Of a stretch of 64,000 nucleotides of DNA, positions 14,681 through 29,914 are shown one piece after another. The DNA comes from the human T2T-CHM13v2.0 reference genome, Homo sapiens. The notes under the pieces are model-generated. The model was given only the letters and a program-made list of their open reading frames with translations, was not told the origin of the DNA and searched no databases. Position numbers and translations under genes: made by a program. Each line of letters starts with the position of its first letter. Positions within the stretch are counted from its first letter, which is position 1. The stretch is taken from NCBI RefSeq assembly GCF_009914755.1, contig NC_060930.1, one strand, 5' to 3'.

Positions 14681-15634
14681 AGGGCAAGGAATTTAACAGA
14701 GTGGGATATTAAAGAAGTAGCTCAGAAAAATAAGCAGGAAAACAGGAAGAAAATGGAAAGAGGAAGCATGGAGAGCTATTTGGACCTCCAGGTTAAAACT
14801 GATGCAGCCTGGAGCCCTGGCCTCCCTTCTTATGTTTCCCAGGGAGAGCTCTGTTACTGTCTTTTTCTAAAGCCATCAAAGGGTAAATTGGAAACATAGG
14901 ATAAAAGTAGGCAGTGACAGCACACTGAGGGGAATATTTCTTTTTAAATGGGTTTATAAGCCAGACCCCACTTCCTCACCTTGTCTAATGCTGATGGTAA
15001 TTTGTTCAAGTATTCCCATTTCAACCCATAGATTCCTGAGAACTGCAAGGTCACTACCACTACTCACACTGATCCACTTGTGGCAACCTCTAAAATTGTC
15101 CAATATATCATTGTTTTATTTAGGCTAGCAAACACGGAGGAGTAGTGGTAAGTCTTGTTCCCTATTTTCTCAGTGATTTTTCTTAATCTTCATTTGACAC
15201 TCTGAGAAATGCATGTGGGTTGTAGACGGCCAGTTCAGAAAGGTCATCTAATGTCAGCTCAGCCCATGGTGCATTGCAAATGAATCCTGACTACAGTGCA
15301 GTGGCATTTTGGTGCTTTATTTATCATAAGTCTTGAATAGTTATCTCACACTTCACCCCGACAAATTATATCATGTCATTGTGGATTTTGGAGACCACTC
15401 TTCTCTATTTACATCAAGATCAGAACTTGATGTTACCATGAAATTTTCTCTGAAAAATCTATTTTTGATGTTCATTAGCACCTCGAAACTCAAAATAATA
15501 AACCATGTTTACTGATAAGAAAAAGAAGGCATGGAGATGGCCATTTCATTAAATCATTAATACAAGAGATGGCACCAATTAAAACACAACTAAACAACGA
15601 AACAGCAAAATTCCCAAAACAAAATCCGGGTACA

Positions 15635-15933
15635 GGCTGGGCATGGTGGCTCATGCCTGTTCTCCCAGGACTTTAGGAGGCCAAGGACGGAGGATCACTT
15701 GAGCCCAAGAGTTTGAGACCAGCCTAGGCAACATAGCGAGACCTCATCTCTACAAATTAAAAAATAAAATTAGCAGGGCATGGTGGTGCACATCTGTGGT
15801 CCCAGTTACTTCGAAGCTGAGGTGGGAGAATCGCTTGAGCCCCTGCAGTCAAAAGCTGCAGTGAGCCATGATCATGCCACTCCACTCCAGCCTGGGCAAC
15901 AGAGTGAGCCCATGTCTGAAAATAAAAATAATA
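15635..15933 (+). mobile_element. AluJ
   Basis: aggatcacttgagccc...gcaacatagcgagacc, AluJ diagnostics. Confidence 0.9.
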
Positions 15934-17059
15934 ATCAAAGTGTACATATTTTTAAAGCCAATGTTTTGAACTAACTGAAAGACCTGTGCATTTGTGGAGA
16001 AGAGCATAGTTAACCAAGAAAAAGAAGCTTTACATCTCGCCCAGAGGCACTTGCTACTTCTATTTTGGGGTCATGACCACAGCAGGTTCCCAGTCCTCAC
16101 AGAGTGCTGGATGGTCAAGAACTGTGACCTCAGAGCTTTGAGAAGTGAGGGAAGCTGCACTGTTTTCCCGGTTGTTCTTTCAGATCCATACAGTAGTTCT
16201 TCCATATAAGGTGGAAGCATCAGAGTGATGAAGTGCTCCAGTTTGCAGCTCTTCTTTCCATAACACAGTTCATTTCTAGGCTCAAATCTGTTAACTTCAT
16301 GCCCTTTGTACTTATTATGTTCTCAGCTTTCTAGCATGTAATTTTTTTTTTTGAATGAGAAGCAAAATTTGATCCTTCAAAGTGGTTATTCAACACAAAA
16401 AAGTAGGCTAATAAGAGTGGAAGAAGACAGGTTTAGTATCAGTGAGTTTTAATTGAACACCTACTATGTTCCAGCACTGTCCTGGGCATTTAAAAACAGA
16501 ACAGGGAAATGGTAGCTACAGAGGGTTGACATATAGCTCTGTATCCTGGTTATTGTCAAGGGGAGGGTGAATTATTAGTCTTACAGTAAATTATGTTGAC
16601 ATGGCATCTCAGACGTGGGGCCTTTCTTACTTGTTTTCTGTCTTGCACATTGTAGCCTCCTGGAAATGTCAGTGTGATGTTCTGTCTTGCAGAATAATTC
16701 ACTTAGTCTATTAGAGTGATAAGTGATAGGCCTCTGCTAAAGCAGAGAGAGCACATGGTGCCATTGAAAATAAAACGTCCTTGGCTTCTGTCATTACTCA
16801 TATACTTGTGACACTGTGTTTCTTTTTTCCTTATAAAATGGCCTTTCCTCATGCTGTTGTAAGGGCTGAAAGGTCACATAGCCTTTGGCTTATTGTTTAG
16901 AGCTCTCAGAGAAGAACTTATTGTTTTTTAATTGCATTTCCTCCCCACTACATTAGAAGCATATCAAATCGGAAAAATCAGGCTAGGACGGACTAAGGGC
17001 TTCCTTTACCTGTGATGGACACCACATTTTTTATACTAAAAATCTTGCAAAACTTGGTT

Positions 17060-17141
17060 TTTTACACTTCAGAGTAAATTTTTTACTCTGAATGTAAAAC
17101 TCAATGTTTTACATTCAGAGTAAAAGACATTTACTCTGAAG
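17060..17141. repeat. Nested quasi-palindrome (four alternating copies of ttcagagtaaa)
   Basis: Perfect 20-bp inverted repeat 17081-17100/17106-17125 inside perfect 13-bp inverted repeat 17067-17079/17129-17141. Confidence 0.9.
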
Positions 17142-17144
17142 GAC

Positions 17145-17290
17145 ATTGTGTTCTCAAATATCCTCCTATTTGTCTTCACAACAGCCCTGTGAGGTAGAAG
17201 AATGGAATAAATATTACTGTCATCATCATATAAATGTGGCAACTGAAGCTCAAAAAGAGTACATGTCTTGTTTAAGGTAATTTAAGGATA
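17145..17290 (-). mobile_element. MIR fragment
   Basis: tcttcacaacagccctgtgaggtag...gcaactgaagctca MIR core. Confidence 0.6.
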
Positions 17291-20136
17291 TACTTGATAA
17301 GTCTGTAAATATTTGTTAGTCATAGGGTAATTGACAGAGGCAAAAATACAGCTTGAGTTTTTAGCTCTATGTCTTCCCACTACGTTAGTTTTCCACTAAC
17401 ATAAACAACCAGATTCAACATGTTTATTTATTACAATCATGACTGTGTGAGATCTCAAACACAAAAATGTATAAAGTGGAAGAGAACTGTCTCTGATTCA
17501 GAAGTTATCTTTCTAGACATTGCAAGCCTAAGCCAAGTAAGAGGTGGTCCCTTGCTTTGGAAATCCACTTCAAAAAATGTTTGCAATGAAAGCTATTACT
17601 TCTCACATATGGAAATTGACAATAAAATGATAATATATAACTGGATTATTTACAAACAACCTCTGTCTTACAACAAACCTTTGTTTTTTTTCCATTATTC
17701 TAGGTCTTTATCTCATAAATCTTAGAGAGATTTTCCTCTCAAGCTTTGTAGATGTCAGCTCATTACTTGTGACAGTGAGGGACTGGCTAGCTAATCTCAA
17801 CCTTGGTTCAACAGCAAAGTGAACTTTCTCACCAAGGATGGCCATTCTTGAAAAGACATATCTGGGTCAGTGAGTGCAGGTAGGTGTGCTGTGTTCAATT
17901 AACGCAATGGCAGCGTACCAAACTGAGATCCTTCTCCTCCTCTCGTCTCTGATGCAAGCACCTGTTCATTAAATCTGCTCATTTCCCCTTACTTTTGGAA
18001 GTCAGCACAAGTGACTAGGAGCAGAATGACTGTATATGCATTTCAAAAACACTTCTGTTAGTGACCGTGTTTTCTTTAAGATTTCAACCATCTTGCTCTA
18101 GACCAGACATTATTTTGGTAACTATGATCCTTTTGGCACCCTAATAGATGCTTCTATCCTATGTGGACTGAGGAAGAGTGAGTAAAGGGAAAGGGAATTG
18201 GCCAGGAGAGAGGGAAGTAAAAGCAATTCAAGCACAGGAGACTTCAAGCCCTCTGTAAACATTTCTGTCGTCTTTTCAAATAAGTAGAAACTCATATTTG
18301 CATAGTTTATGAAAGAAATTCTCATTTAAGAAGGATATTATTATTCTAATATGATTCCCTTTTTATTGATGGGATAACTGAGACTTGTCAATAAGTAAAT
18401 TGTCCTAATTCACTAAGCAGGAAAGTAGTGGATACAGCTTCCACCTAGTTCTCTTTTCACAGCCACACTTTCCTCCACTCTCCTTGCCCTTTCAATTACC
18501 ATTGGAGGTCCTTCAGGGCAAGGGCTGCATCTTCAATATTGCGACTTTCCCTCCCGGCATATTTGACAGTCTTTGCACACAGTGGTAAATCAGTAAGTGC
18601 TGTCATCTGTCTGGTGGGTAATAGTCTTTTGTGAATTAGTGAAATGGTGTTTTTCCTTCTCAGTGTAGCATAGCTGAGTGACCTCATCTGCTATCTGCAA
18701 GGCTTGCTGTCATCACAGCACTAGCCCCTGGCTACAGGGCCAGTTTGTGTTCAGAGAGCCATCTTTCAGTCTCCCAGGTATGTGTGGTGGCTCTCAACAG
18801 AATTACTGACTTTCAAGCATTTTAGAGGAAGACAAGATTTCATGTCTACAAAAACAAGACAGCAAGAGCTCTGGCAAGCGGACGTCGTAATCTTGCTAAG
18901 TTTAGTCTTTATGATGAATCATCTAGAGGCTGTTACTTGCTCTGGGTCTTTGGCTGTTTTATTTTTAGAAAAATCTGAATTTCATTGAAATCCATTTGCT
19001 GGTACATAATCGGAGTGGATCTAGTCCAAATGAGGTAATTATGGGTCAGCTGGAGGTGATTATCTCCATCCACGAGATAGCCCCAAGCTAGGAAGCTCTA
19101 TGCAGGACTTTTAAAGCAACATTTTCTTCCTTGTGACCAATTTTGTAGTCATGAAGCTTTTTAGGGGCTTTCCTTGCGTCATCTTAACTTGGTTTGTTGT
19201 CTTTCTGCCTTTTCTTGGAAAAAATAAATCTTATCACCAAAATTCTGTCTCAAACAGTGAGAAAAAAAGAATGTGGTTGTGCTGAACTGATACTCATAGG
19301 CATGTCTGCTGCAGTCAGTCCACCTTCATTTTGGGTGTCCTTTTCTGAGATTATTTTACAAAGTTTTCCAGGGCAGCTTCAACCCAACCTCCATGATCAG
19401 AGAAGAGATTTAACAGGGATACTCTTTCTCTTTAAATTTGGTAGCTCTTAAAGTTCCAAAGAAAGATTGGCAATGCACTTTGGTTTATAGCTATTAACAG
19501 GAGAAAGCAAATGCAACCATTTTAAATGGGTTACGTCTGCTGGGCTCGTTTTGTCTCTAATGGGTGGGAGGATGCTTGGTGTGGCAGTTAGAATTTCTTA
19601 GCTCCTAGCATGTGCTTTTCCCTATGTGTCAGTTGTTTTTCTATTGTTGAACAATCGGCACCTCCCTAATTTTGTCTCTTAATTGAGTTTCTGCTTCCCC
19701 TTCATCCTGCTTCACTGCCTTTTGATGGACTCCAAACAGGTACTAATAAGTGTGTCACTAACATCACATGCTTAGATCTTCTAGTTTTCACCACTCACTT
19801 GGGGTCTTAGCAGGAAAAAGCAGAAATGTCTATTATCTAGACTGTGTTGGAAATAAGTCCAACTTTTACCAGTAGGGATTGTATGGTATTTCAGAAAAAA
19901 TTTTTTTGAAAACTCTTTTGATGACCAGTTTAAGTTCATCACTTTCCTCCCCGATCACTGGCTGCAAACAATTTCTGGCTTCATGTAACCTGGAAATACA
20001 ACTTCCATGTCCCCTTCTTCTAGCTTTCACTCTTGCATCCAAATTTCAATAAATGTCATATGTTTGTTCCACTGAAAAGCATCATGCTGTTGTGAAAGAA
20101 GATGAATTTGTTAGGTTAGAAGAATATGGCTCAACA

Positions 20137-20505
<369 letters not shown>

Positions 20506-23500
20506 TTAATCTCTCTCTGTCTCAGTTTCTTCATTTAGGTAATGGGATAATAATGTGTACTCCACAGGATCATGGAAATCATAAGATATGGCTTATAAAC
20601 CAAGAAATATTCTCAAGTTAATAACTGTTAATCTACTATCAATTTATGCATTCGTATGGTCTATATATATGTGGCAAAATTTGGCATTTTATATTGGCAT
20701 ATGTCTTAGAGTTCCTAGGGTCTGTGAGCACAACATGTGTGACCATTTCCAATATTAGCAGAGTAAAAGCAGATAGCAATTTGATATATACCATCCAAGC
20801 ATGGAGTGGATGAACTAATAACTGAGAAAAAGAAAACTAAATTAAAGAAAAGCAAACCCATGTATTTCTAGAGTCATATATCTGGAAAGAACCTTAAAGA
20901 TGATGTAATGTTTATTGATTTGTGAAAAAGTAAGATCCAAGAACAAAATAGATATGGATAGGTAGAAAACATTTTGTTATCTGCTCAGTCTCCCAGGCTA
21001 TTTAGTTACAGACCCGGGCCTGGTCCCAAGTCTCTTGACCTGATCCCTCAGCCCTCATCCTGTCCTGCACATTGCCATTATAACATGCTATTCTTAAGCT
21101 CTACGTGCAAGCACATGGAACAAATATGAAAAGGTTCCAATTGGAAGAGAGGAATAACCTAGAATCCAAGGTATTTTTGTCATATCAACAATATATAACA
21201 ATGGAATTTATAGTGCCTGTCATTTCTGTCCTGCCCCTACCTCCCGCAGTGAGAGAGGCTGGTTTCGCTCATGTTGCTTCTGTAATCTCTGCCTCTGTCT
21301 TTCTGAGATTTCAGATATATTCTTGATTCTGTGAAATGGAAATAAATATTGTTTGTTTTTCCCATTCTGGTGGGAAATGTATAACATCCAGATTTATATT
21401 TCTGATATTTATTCTAAAGATCTTGAACTCTGGTTTTTAAAATATACCCACACTTGACTTAATAAGCTAGAGTGAACAGTCAGTAAACAGAGGGCCAAAT
21501 CACCTTCAAGACTGAAGTCAAATGGTTGACTTATTTAGTAATAAGGATGAAGTCCATTCTGCTGTAACCAAATCTACTCTCCTTTAGAGAGACAGAACAT
21601 TTCCCAAGGTCTAAACCAATCCCCAAAACTTATTTTGGAGAGAAAAACAGCTGCTGGCAAGTAAACAAATAGCAGTCCTTTGAGGCCTCAATTTCCTCAG
21701 AAAAACAGGGACAATAATCTATGAGCAGTGCTAAAGGGAGGAGAGCCGATGAGGTCATGCATTTAATATACATAGCACAGTGCCTGACACATGGGAAATA
21801 CTTTATAAAAAAAACTGTTATTTTTGTTTTTAAAACTGGCAGAATTTGAAGACGGGAAAAAAATCTCACTTTGTAGTAAGACAAAGAGGGGCAATATTTG
21901 AAGGTTATATTTGATAGGGTGCAGGCATGAATGTATTAACTATTTTGATCAGAGGACACAGAGAATGGGCAGGGTTCAGCTCACCCGTCCATCTCAAACT
22001 TTATGGGGTATTAACTCTAGATGTCTGAGCTGTTCCACACAGGAAGCAAGCTGCTCATGTAGATCGTGTTTCATAGGTGGTGAATATTATTAAAAACCTT
22101 TTTGATTCATTCGTAATTCCTAAACTGATATTTAAATTCAGTTAATAGAGTCTGAATCCAAATGCCTCTACCTCCTGTTCCTTGAGTAGCTAAGGTTCTT
22201 GTTTCTGAATTAGTAGTACCTGATTTCTGGGATGGTCTAGCTCAGTGTGGTATTGGCATTGGACAATGGCAAAAAGAACAAATATAGAAAGTCTAGACAA
22301 ATACTCCATTCCATTTATTAGCGTGTGTCCTAATCTTGTTCCAATTTTGACAGATAAGATACAGTGCTTCCATAAACACAACTGATTATATAGAATGGAC
22401 ATTTGAAAAGAACAAGTTGGAAATGATACACATTTTCATTATTTGTCAAATTTTTATAAACTGACTTTTCCAAATTCATTATTTTATTCACATCCATTTT
22501 ATTTGACTTATTTTAAATTGGTAGGCTTATTATTTAAAAATAAAAACAAAAACCCAGACTCAAGGAATCTGAATTCACAGTCCTCTGAAAATAGTATGGA
22601 AATGAAAATATAATTTTAGTGTAAAAAGAGTTACAGACTTAACGTACCTCAAAAGATGTCCGTTCTTTTAAGGTTATTTTAATTTGACTAGAGAGGGAAG
22701 AGAGGTCATAACTTTGAACTTTTTAAATAGCCTGAAAAAATTAAGAAACTGATATCTCTCTCCTCTCTTCTTCCATACTTTGGCTCCTCTTTCTCTCGTG
22801 CAAGATCTCATTTTGCTGAAAATGCTCATTTCATGTTTTAAAATATTTCCCTTCAGTTTCAGTTCTATTAATAAACAGCTGAATTTTTCTCTTGGCTAAT
22901 CATCTTTTCCAAGTATTTTATTCCTCATTTAAATTATAAATAATAGATAATCATCCATCTATTTACTCAAAAAAAGTATCAGGCTCTTGCTGTTTCCCTG
23001 TATTTTGAAGATATAAACTGGAGTGAGACTTATCTCTGCATTTAAGGAGCTCATTTACCTCTAATCATTTGTTCTCTTCCAAGTCATTGGACACATCCCC
23101 AGCACATTCAGAGTGTCCCAATAATCACAGTTTATAGCTTTGATAACTGTTGATATTCTTTTGTCTTCATCACTAGGATCCTTGACTCTTACTGGTGACA
23201 TTTTGGTGCCTTCTTTCTATTTGCTTGGCTAAACATTAAATACTAAATAAGCCAGAGTTTTTAAAAACAAAGATTAGATCCACTCACTAAGCATATAACA
23301 GGCATTATTTATCCAGAGATAAGGCTCTGGACACCTAGCATTTTCTCTTTGTTCTGCTATTAATTCTTTGTATAACCCCATCAATTTATCCCACTGCAGT
23401 ATTCTAAGTCTGTTGAGAGCTGTTTGTCAAAATTAAGATCAGCCATAAAATTTTCAGTTTTTGAACAAAGTAGCACAACTAGGTTTATTACAGTGGAGTG

Positions 23501-24109
23501 ACTTCATTACCTTCAAATCACTGATAAAAAAACCCCAATTTGCGAAAATCGAATCAATCACTCATTCATTAGCAAATAAAATGCAAAAACATCTACTTTT
23601 TACATTATGGACTATCCTGATTTTTATGTATATATCTCCAGTTGCAAATCATTTATTTTCATTGTTATACACAGAGAATATGCTCCTAGAAGGATAGACA
23701 CAATATGACAATGTTCCACCAACACATGAAATATGACGTGTTAATAAGCATTTAATTTTATTTGCTTTAAAAATAGACAATTTAAATGTTTTACCTTTTT
23801 TCAAGTACAAATGGTGTTCATGTAATTCTCCTATGATATCTTTTCAGTCAGGTAGTCAAATGGCTAAACGATTGAAATGAAATTTGCAGACTCATTTAGC
23901 ATGGGGCATATGTTTAAATGGGATGCAGAATTCCCTCATCCTGGGGAGCCCTCGCTGACTCTCTCTGAATATTTAAGCAGTCAATCTGGTTATGCCATTG
24001 CTTCATTGACTAGACAACACTAATTCTATTAAAGCCACTGGAGATGTGATTTAATCAGTTCGCCCATAGCAAATGTTCTATAAAGAATGTGCAACTTCTT
24101 TAAAAATGA

Positions 24110-24285
24110 TGAAACTTCTAGAATTAGATTATTTAGCTCAATCTTCTACAAGAATCCTTTTCAAGTTAACTTCGAAATATGGTCATCCAGCTACCGCTTG
24201 AGTATGTCAAGGAGTGGGTGACCACTACTAGTTTGTGGAACATTCCATTCCAATGTTGGATAGTGAAAAGTCTCTTACGAGACTG
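24110..24285 (-). mobile_element. L3/CR1 LINE 3' fragment
   Basis: ggtcatccagctaccgcttgagta...ccactacta...ccattccaatgttggatag resembles the CR1/L3 tail. Confidence 0.5.
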
Positions 24286-24427
24286 CTTCCTCTTTCTCAA
24301 GGCTGCCATTTAATATTGTGGCCTTAGATAAACTTTTTCAACTTTTCTAAACTTTAACTTCTTCATATACATAATGATCATTTTGATAATACTTTCCTCA
24401 CAGTGTTTTTCTGAGGATACAATTTTT

Positions 24428-25014
<587 letters not shown>

Positions 25015-26904
25015 CTATGTAAAGTGCTGTTGGTACATTTGGTACATACTAAGCTCTCACTCAATACCTGAGAGCTGTTGTTGTTAGTGTTTTTACAACT
25101 ATGGCATAATTAATTAGATGAAGCAGAAGATAATAAGTTACTTACCATAACTTCAAAGTGCCTTTAGTTAAAAGCAAGGTAGGCCTGAAAGCCAGGTTCC
25201 TCCTTTTACAAAGGGTAACATGTGCAGCTTAAAATAGGATACAGTAAAAATGTTCCAGACCATTGACTCCTGGCTTTGTTTCCTTTACTTTAGAAGTTAG
25301 GCTTTGACTCTGGCAGTGTTACAGGTTTAACACAATTTGAAAAACTTCTGTATATTATGGGATGTGTGATGTGACAAAAACTAGAAAGTGTAGTTATGAA
25401 TGTGTTTCAAGGATCCCATCTAAAGACTCTCTTTGCCAGATTCTAATTAGAGTTTTAAGACTGCTCAAGTTATTGTTCACTTGATTTCTTTCTACGGTAC
25501 AAATGGTTACAAGCTTACCAACTCACCTGTTGCATGGTACAAATGGCAGTAAATACCATTGCTGGGAAATATCAGCTGAGAGAAAAGTCAGTCTTTCATT
25601 GGGAAGTCTGGGTAGCTGGGGCTCTGGAGGAGTTTTCTTCCACCAGAGCAGAGACAAACTTCTCTCTGAATTGATGGGCAGAGTTCTCTCTAGCCACATT
25701 TTAACTGAGGGTGTAGCTTTTCCAAGGGTCTGCTTTATGCAAGGAATCCTGTTCAAACTCCCTGGCTCTTTGGAGCCCAAGATCTTAAATTTCATGACCA
25801 CCTCAATGTTAAAGCCATTGGCTGTCAGGGCCAATTTCTGGGTCTAACACTTCTATTCTCCAGCTTATCTCAACTTCACCTGAGGTTGCATTCTTTTCTT
25901 TTTCATTTGTGTCCCACGGAGATTTTTCTTTCTTCTTACAGGCCTATTTATATTTACTTTCTTTTTCAGTTATGTTTTATGTCAAGTTTCTGTTGTTTAT
26001 AGTAGGAGGAGTGACTTGCTATCTCAATTCTTAATGTAAGAACTGACAGTGAAAGAACATCTGCTTTGTATTGAACTAACGTGGGCCTCTCAGTATAATT
26101 TCTCCTTGCTGGTCTTTCTGCTATATTCTGACATCACCGAAAATGTCCAGTAGAGATGGAGTGTGGTTGCCATTCTTTAGATGCTCTTCAGTTTTTCAAT
26201 TACCTTAAAGTGATAGGCCCAAAGCCTAACATCCCAGGGTGTTTTAACCAATGTAAACTAAAGAACTGAACGATCCCCTCTTTTGCTCTGAATCCTATTA
26301 TTCCAATGATGCAATGTGTGATTGTACAGGCACATTTTGACAGCTTTAGAAGCTATTGACCCAGAATAAGTTTAGTGAAATAAATTTGTATGTGCTGCTG
26401 TAATACAGGGTAGAATTGAAGTTTAATTTTGTCAACTGGTTTCAGTCAGTTCAAGTAGATTGAAGATGCGCATTAATTTTAATGGTTTTTGTTATCTATT
26501 TGAAGTGTTCTCGTTGGACTACGGAAAAGCGAAAATATCCACAAGTGAAATCTTTGAAACTAATTCAAAGACAACCTAATACTAAGTAAAGAAGGGCAAA
26601 ACTTTACTAAAACATATTCAACATGTGGCTGACTTGGCCTTTTCACTTTTATTGGCTCAATTTATAGATTTTTTACAAAGGTCAGTGTTTTGTATTCTCT
26701 ATTTCAGTTCTCCTTTTGATTTTTTTCTTCATAATTAGTCTTATGACTATACCCTTAATTTAACACACAAAATATCCAACCCACATTTTTTTTTCTCCAA
26801 ATTTTTTCTTTTACCAGTGAAAATTTAACCCTACAAAATACTTAGTGATAAATTTGATATAATTCAGCAGGTTGTTGCCATTTTTTAAGAAATAGGTGGT
26901 GCAT

Positions 26905-26924
26905 TTACTGCCACCTGGTGGAAT
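26905..26924 (-). promoter_or_regulatory. Candidate CTCF binding site
   Basis: Minus strand reads TTCCACCAGGTGGCAGTA, matching the CTCF core CCASYAGRKGGCRS; no TE recognised at this site. Confidence 0.6.
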
Positions 26925-27940
26925 ATTTGAGACGAGAGAGAAATAGAAACTAGATTAGTAAAAAAAAAAAAAACACACATTAAAAATACCTAACGAGGTA
27001 AAATTTCTTCACTGAGTCAGTATACTGGTTTACCTGGAGCCATGTAAAATTAATCTGGGCCCATATGTAACTTAAATTAATCTGAACCAAAGAAAAACAT
27101 GGGCTTCAATTGTATTTTCTTTGGCTAGTTATTAATTTATTGTCCCAATGTAGGAGGCAATGCTAATCTGATTATAATTCATATTTGATTGTTTAGACAT
27201 GAAGGCAAATGTCAGAAAAACCTAAAAAACTAGAAAATTTTTTTCTTACGTGTTCTTTATCTTTGATTCTCTGTATTAATGTTTGTTTGTATCCCTTAGT
27301 GAATCAGCCTGATTTTGGCTTGATTCTTTCTCTCATCTGTGTTCTACAGTTTGGTCTATCTAACATCTCAACAAACCAAGACAAACCAGGTAAAATTTCC
27401 TTGCCGTTCCTCACTTCAGCTTCCGTTTCTCCCAAAGTATTCTACATTAGTTTCCTTTTTTTTTTTTTTTTATGAACAAATTGTGAAGAATCTGGTCGCA
27501 GTTTTGTGATCTTCCTGCTAAACATCTTGGGATAGCAACTTTACTTTTCATTCTCATATTACACATCTGTATAATTTCAGGGATTGACTTGTTTATGTTC
27601 AATGTTCTCTTACAATTCTGAGACTCTATGAAGTCGTGAATAAATTAATTTAAATTTAAATGAATTTGACCAGTTAAAACCCTCTACAACTGTTAATACT
27701 GTATTCAGGGCACTAAAAGCTGATAGAATTTCCCAGACTTGATATTAGATTGAACAATTAGCCTTTCCTTAAATGATGCCACAACTGTCTGGTTTATTAC
27801 TTATAATTTATACCACACTTGTTTCTTTTATTTGTCTACATTTATTGAGTCTTTGTTAGCTCCTGGGGTTATAGTCATAAACAATAGGTCAGCAAACAAC
27901 ATTAGGAAGATAGAAATAAACAAATGATTACAGCATACCT

Positions 27941-28155
27941 TAGTGGTTCCTCAACTTGAATGTTTATAGAAATCACTGGCAATATTTGATAAATTTGTAG
28001 ATTCCAGGGCTCTAATAGAGCCTGATTACTTGAAACAATTAAATTACTTCTGATTCAATAGGTCTAAAAGTAAAGCCATAAACCTGTATTTTTCAGAAGT
28101 ATTTTAAGTAATCCTGATGCAAGTGGTAGGACATACAACACACAAGAAAACTTGA
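27941..28155 (+). mobile_element. MER5-family hAT MITE within an L2 fragment (~27830-28400)
   Basis: tagtggttcctcaacttg...aatcactgg...ttctgattcaataggtct...ctgatgcaagtggt. Confidence 0.55.
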
Positions 28156-28397
28156 TATGAAAAATGGATGTTATAAAAGTAGGTAAGCACAAGGTATAAG
28201 GGAACATAAAGAAAGTGTATTTAATTCAATTAGGAGTCAGAGAAGCTGATAAGGAGTAAACCAGGAGAAGGAATGCATTCAAAAAAGAGTCTATGATTTC
28301 AAGCAAAAGAATAAGAATTCCATGTGGGAGAGCTTGGCACTTTCAGGGGATGGCAACTAGGTCAGTATTTCTGAAAGGTACAATTTGAGGATGAAAT

Positions 28398-28790
28398 TGA
28401 CCATATATTCAGGTAAAAAGCAAGTGTCAATAAATTTAAAAGAACTAGTGTAATTGGACAAAACGTCCTGATCATAATGCAATTAATTTAGAAATCGCTA
28501 ATTTATTTTACTGCTTTATATGAATGAAAATGTGAAACTCACCAGATATTTAAATAATTTTTAGGTCAAAGAAGAAATCATAAGAAAAGTATAAAAGTGA
28601 CAAAACTTAACTCTAATGAAAATGCTACACATTGGGAGAAATAGGGCAAAGTTTTGAATAGTATTTAGAGGAAATATTAGAGCCTTAAAACATATATTGA
28701 AAAAGTAGGAACCTTAGAAATTAAAGAAAGTGGAACAAAATTAAAATATAAGCTACTGAAAGTAAAACCCAAATACAGCAGAACAAAACA
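28398..28790 (+). mobile_element. Old L1M ORF2 fragment
   Basis: tgaccatatattcagg...caataaatttaaaag...tgatcataatgcaattaatttagaaatc. Confidence 0.6.
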
Positions 28791-29400
28791 GGATTATTGT
28801 ATCAATTTACAATATTTTTAGGAATTAAAACACATGCACACACGTGTGTGTATGTATGTTGACTAACGTATTATTTAGTTGAGCGTTTTTAATAATTTGA
28901 GCTTTGAGTTGAACTTACGAACTGTTTAAACTTGCAAGTTTTAAACTTCCATACATATGAAGTTTAAAAATAAGGTTTGCGTTGTTGTTATTGATTTCTA
29001 AGTCAATACCTAGGTTGGTACGTCACTGTATTCCACCAGAATGTGATTCCAGCTGTATCCAAGAATATGTATATTCTTTTTCTAAATGAATTTTCATGGG
29101 ATAAATTATCATACAAATTAGCACATCATTAGTTAAGTTACAGATCTCAGTGTGCTGCGTAAGATGACTCCTTACAATTTTCCCATCTTTAATCAGTAAG
29201 AGAGAGATATGTATTACTATCAGGGCTATGGACAAAGATCTAATCCTATAATGAATATATGTATTATATAAGTATCTTTCTTCATTGTATGTCAATAAGG
29301 TAAAGAAAAAACTTATTTCTGAAGTAGTGGTATTAACAAGTAAATAAATGAAGGTGTTATTTTGCCTAAATATTCAACCTCAGGTGATTAGCATAATACC

Positions 29401-29527
29401 ATTTTTATTTCTTTTAATTGTTTATTTCCATAGGTTTTTGGGGAACAGGTGTTATTTGATTACATGAGTAAGTTCTTCAGTGGTGATTTGTTAGATTTTG
29501 GTGCACTCATCATCTGAGCAGTAAACA
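29401..29527 (-). mobile_element. L1PB 3' end
   Basis: taggtttttggggaacaggtg...tacatgagtaagttcttcagtggtgatt. Confidence 0.75.
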
Positions 29528-29914
29528 TTTTTATTTCCAGTATCAATTATAAAAATAAACATGTTCTGATAGTTAATACAATTGAGATAGAAAGAGGCTG
29601 TCTAGCCAAAATATTATTCTTGAATACCAGTTATGATCTTATTTCAGTAGGCCTTATCTTGAAACCTTGCTCCTAACACAGTAATGCATTATACAATATA
29701 TCTGCAGCAATTTATGGTTCATAAACACATTGTATTCATCTGGAATTATAATGAAAAAATAGTGACAATAATCCCAGACACTATACCTTTTCTCCCCTTT
29801 CATTGCCTTCTATTAGAAAGCCTGTTGGCATTGAAACCATTGGAAGTTTTGGAGACTTTTAAGCTAGGCAGGAAGCCTTGAAAAGTTGATTTAAAAGCTT
29901 GAAGAGGGAGACTA

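Noticed and set aside
25503-25847. Overlapping 114-aa and 103-aa ORFs on opposite strands
   Set aside because: No recognisable domain or splice context; length is within chance expectation
27011-27021. AP-1 (TGA(C/G)TCA) sites here and near 40023, 58040, 60484 and 63541
   Set aside because: About 8 such 7-mers are expected by chance in 64 kb, so there is no enrichment
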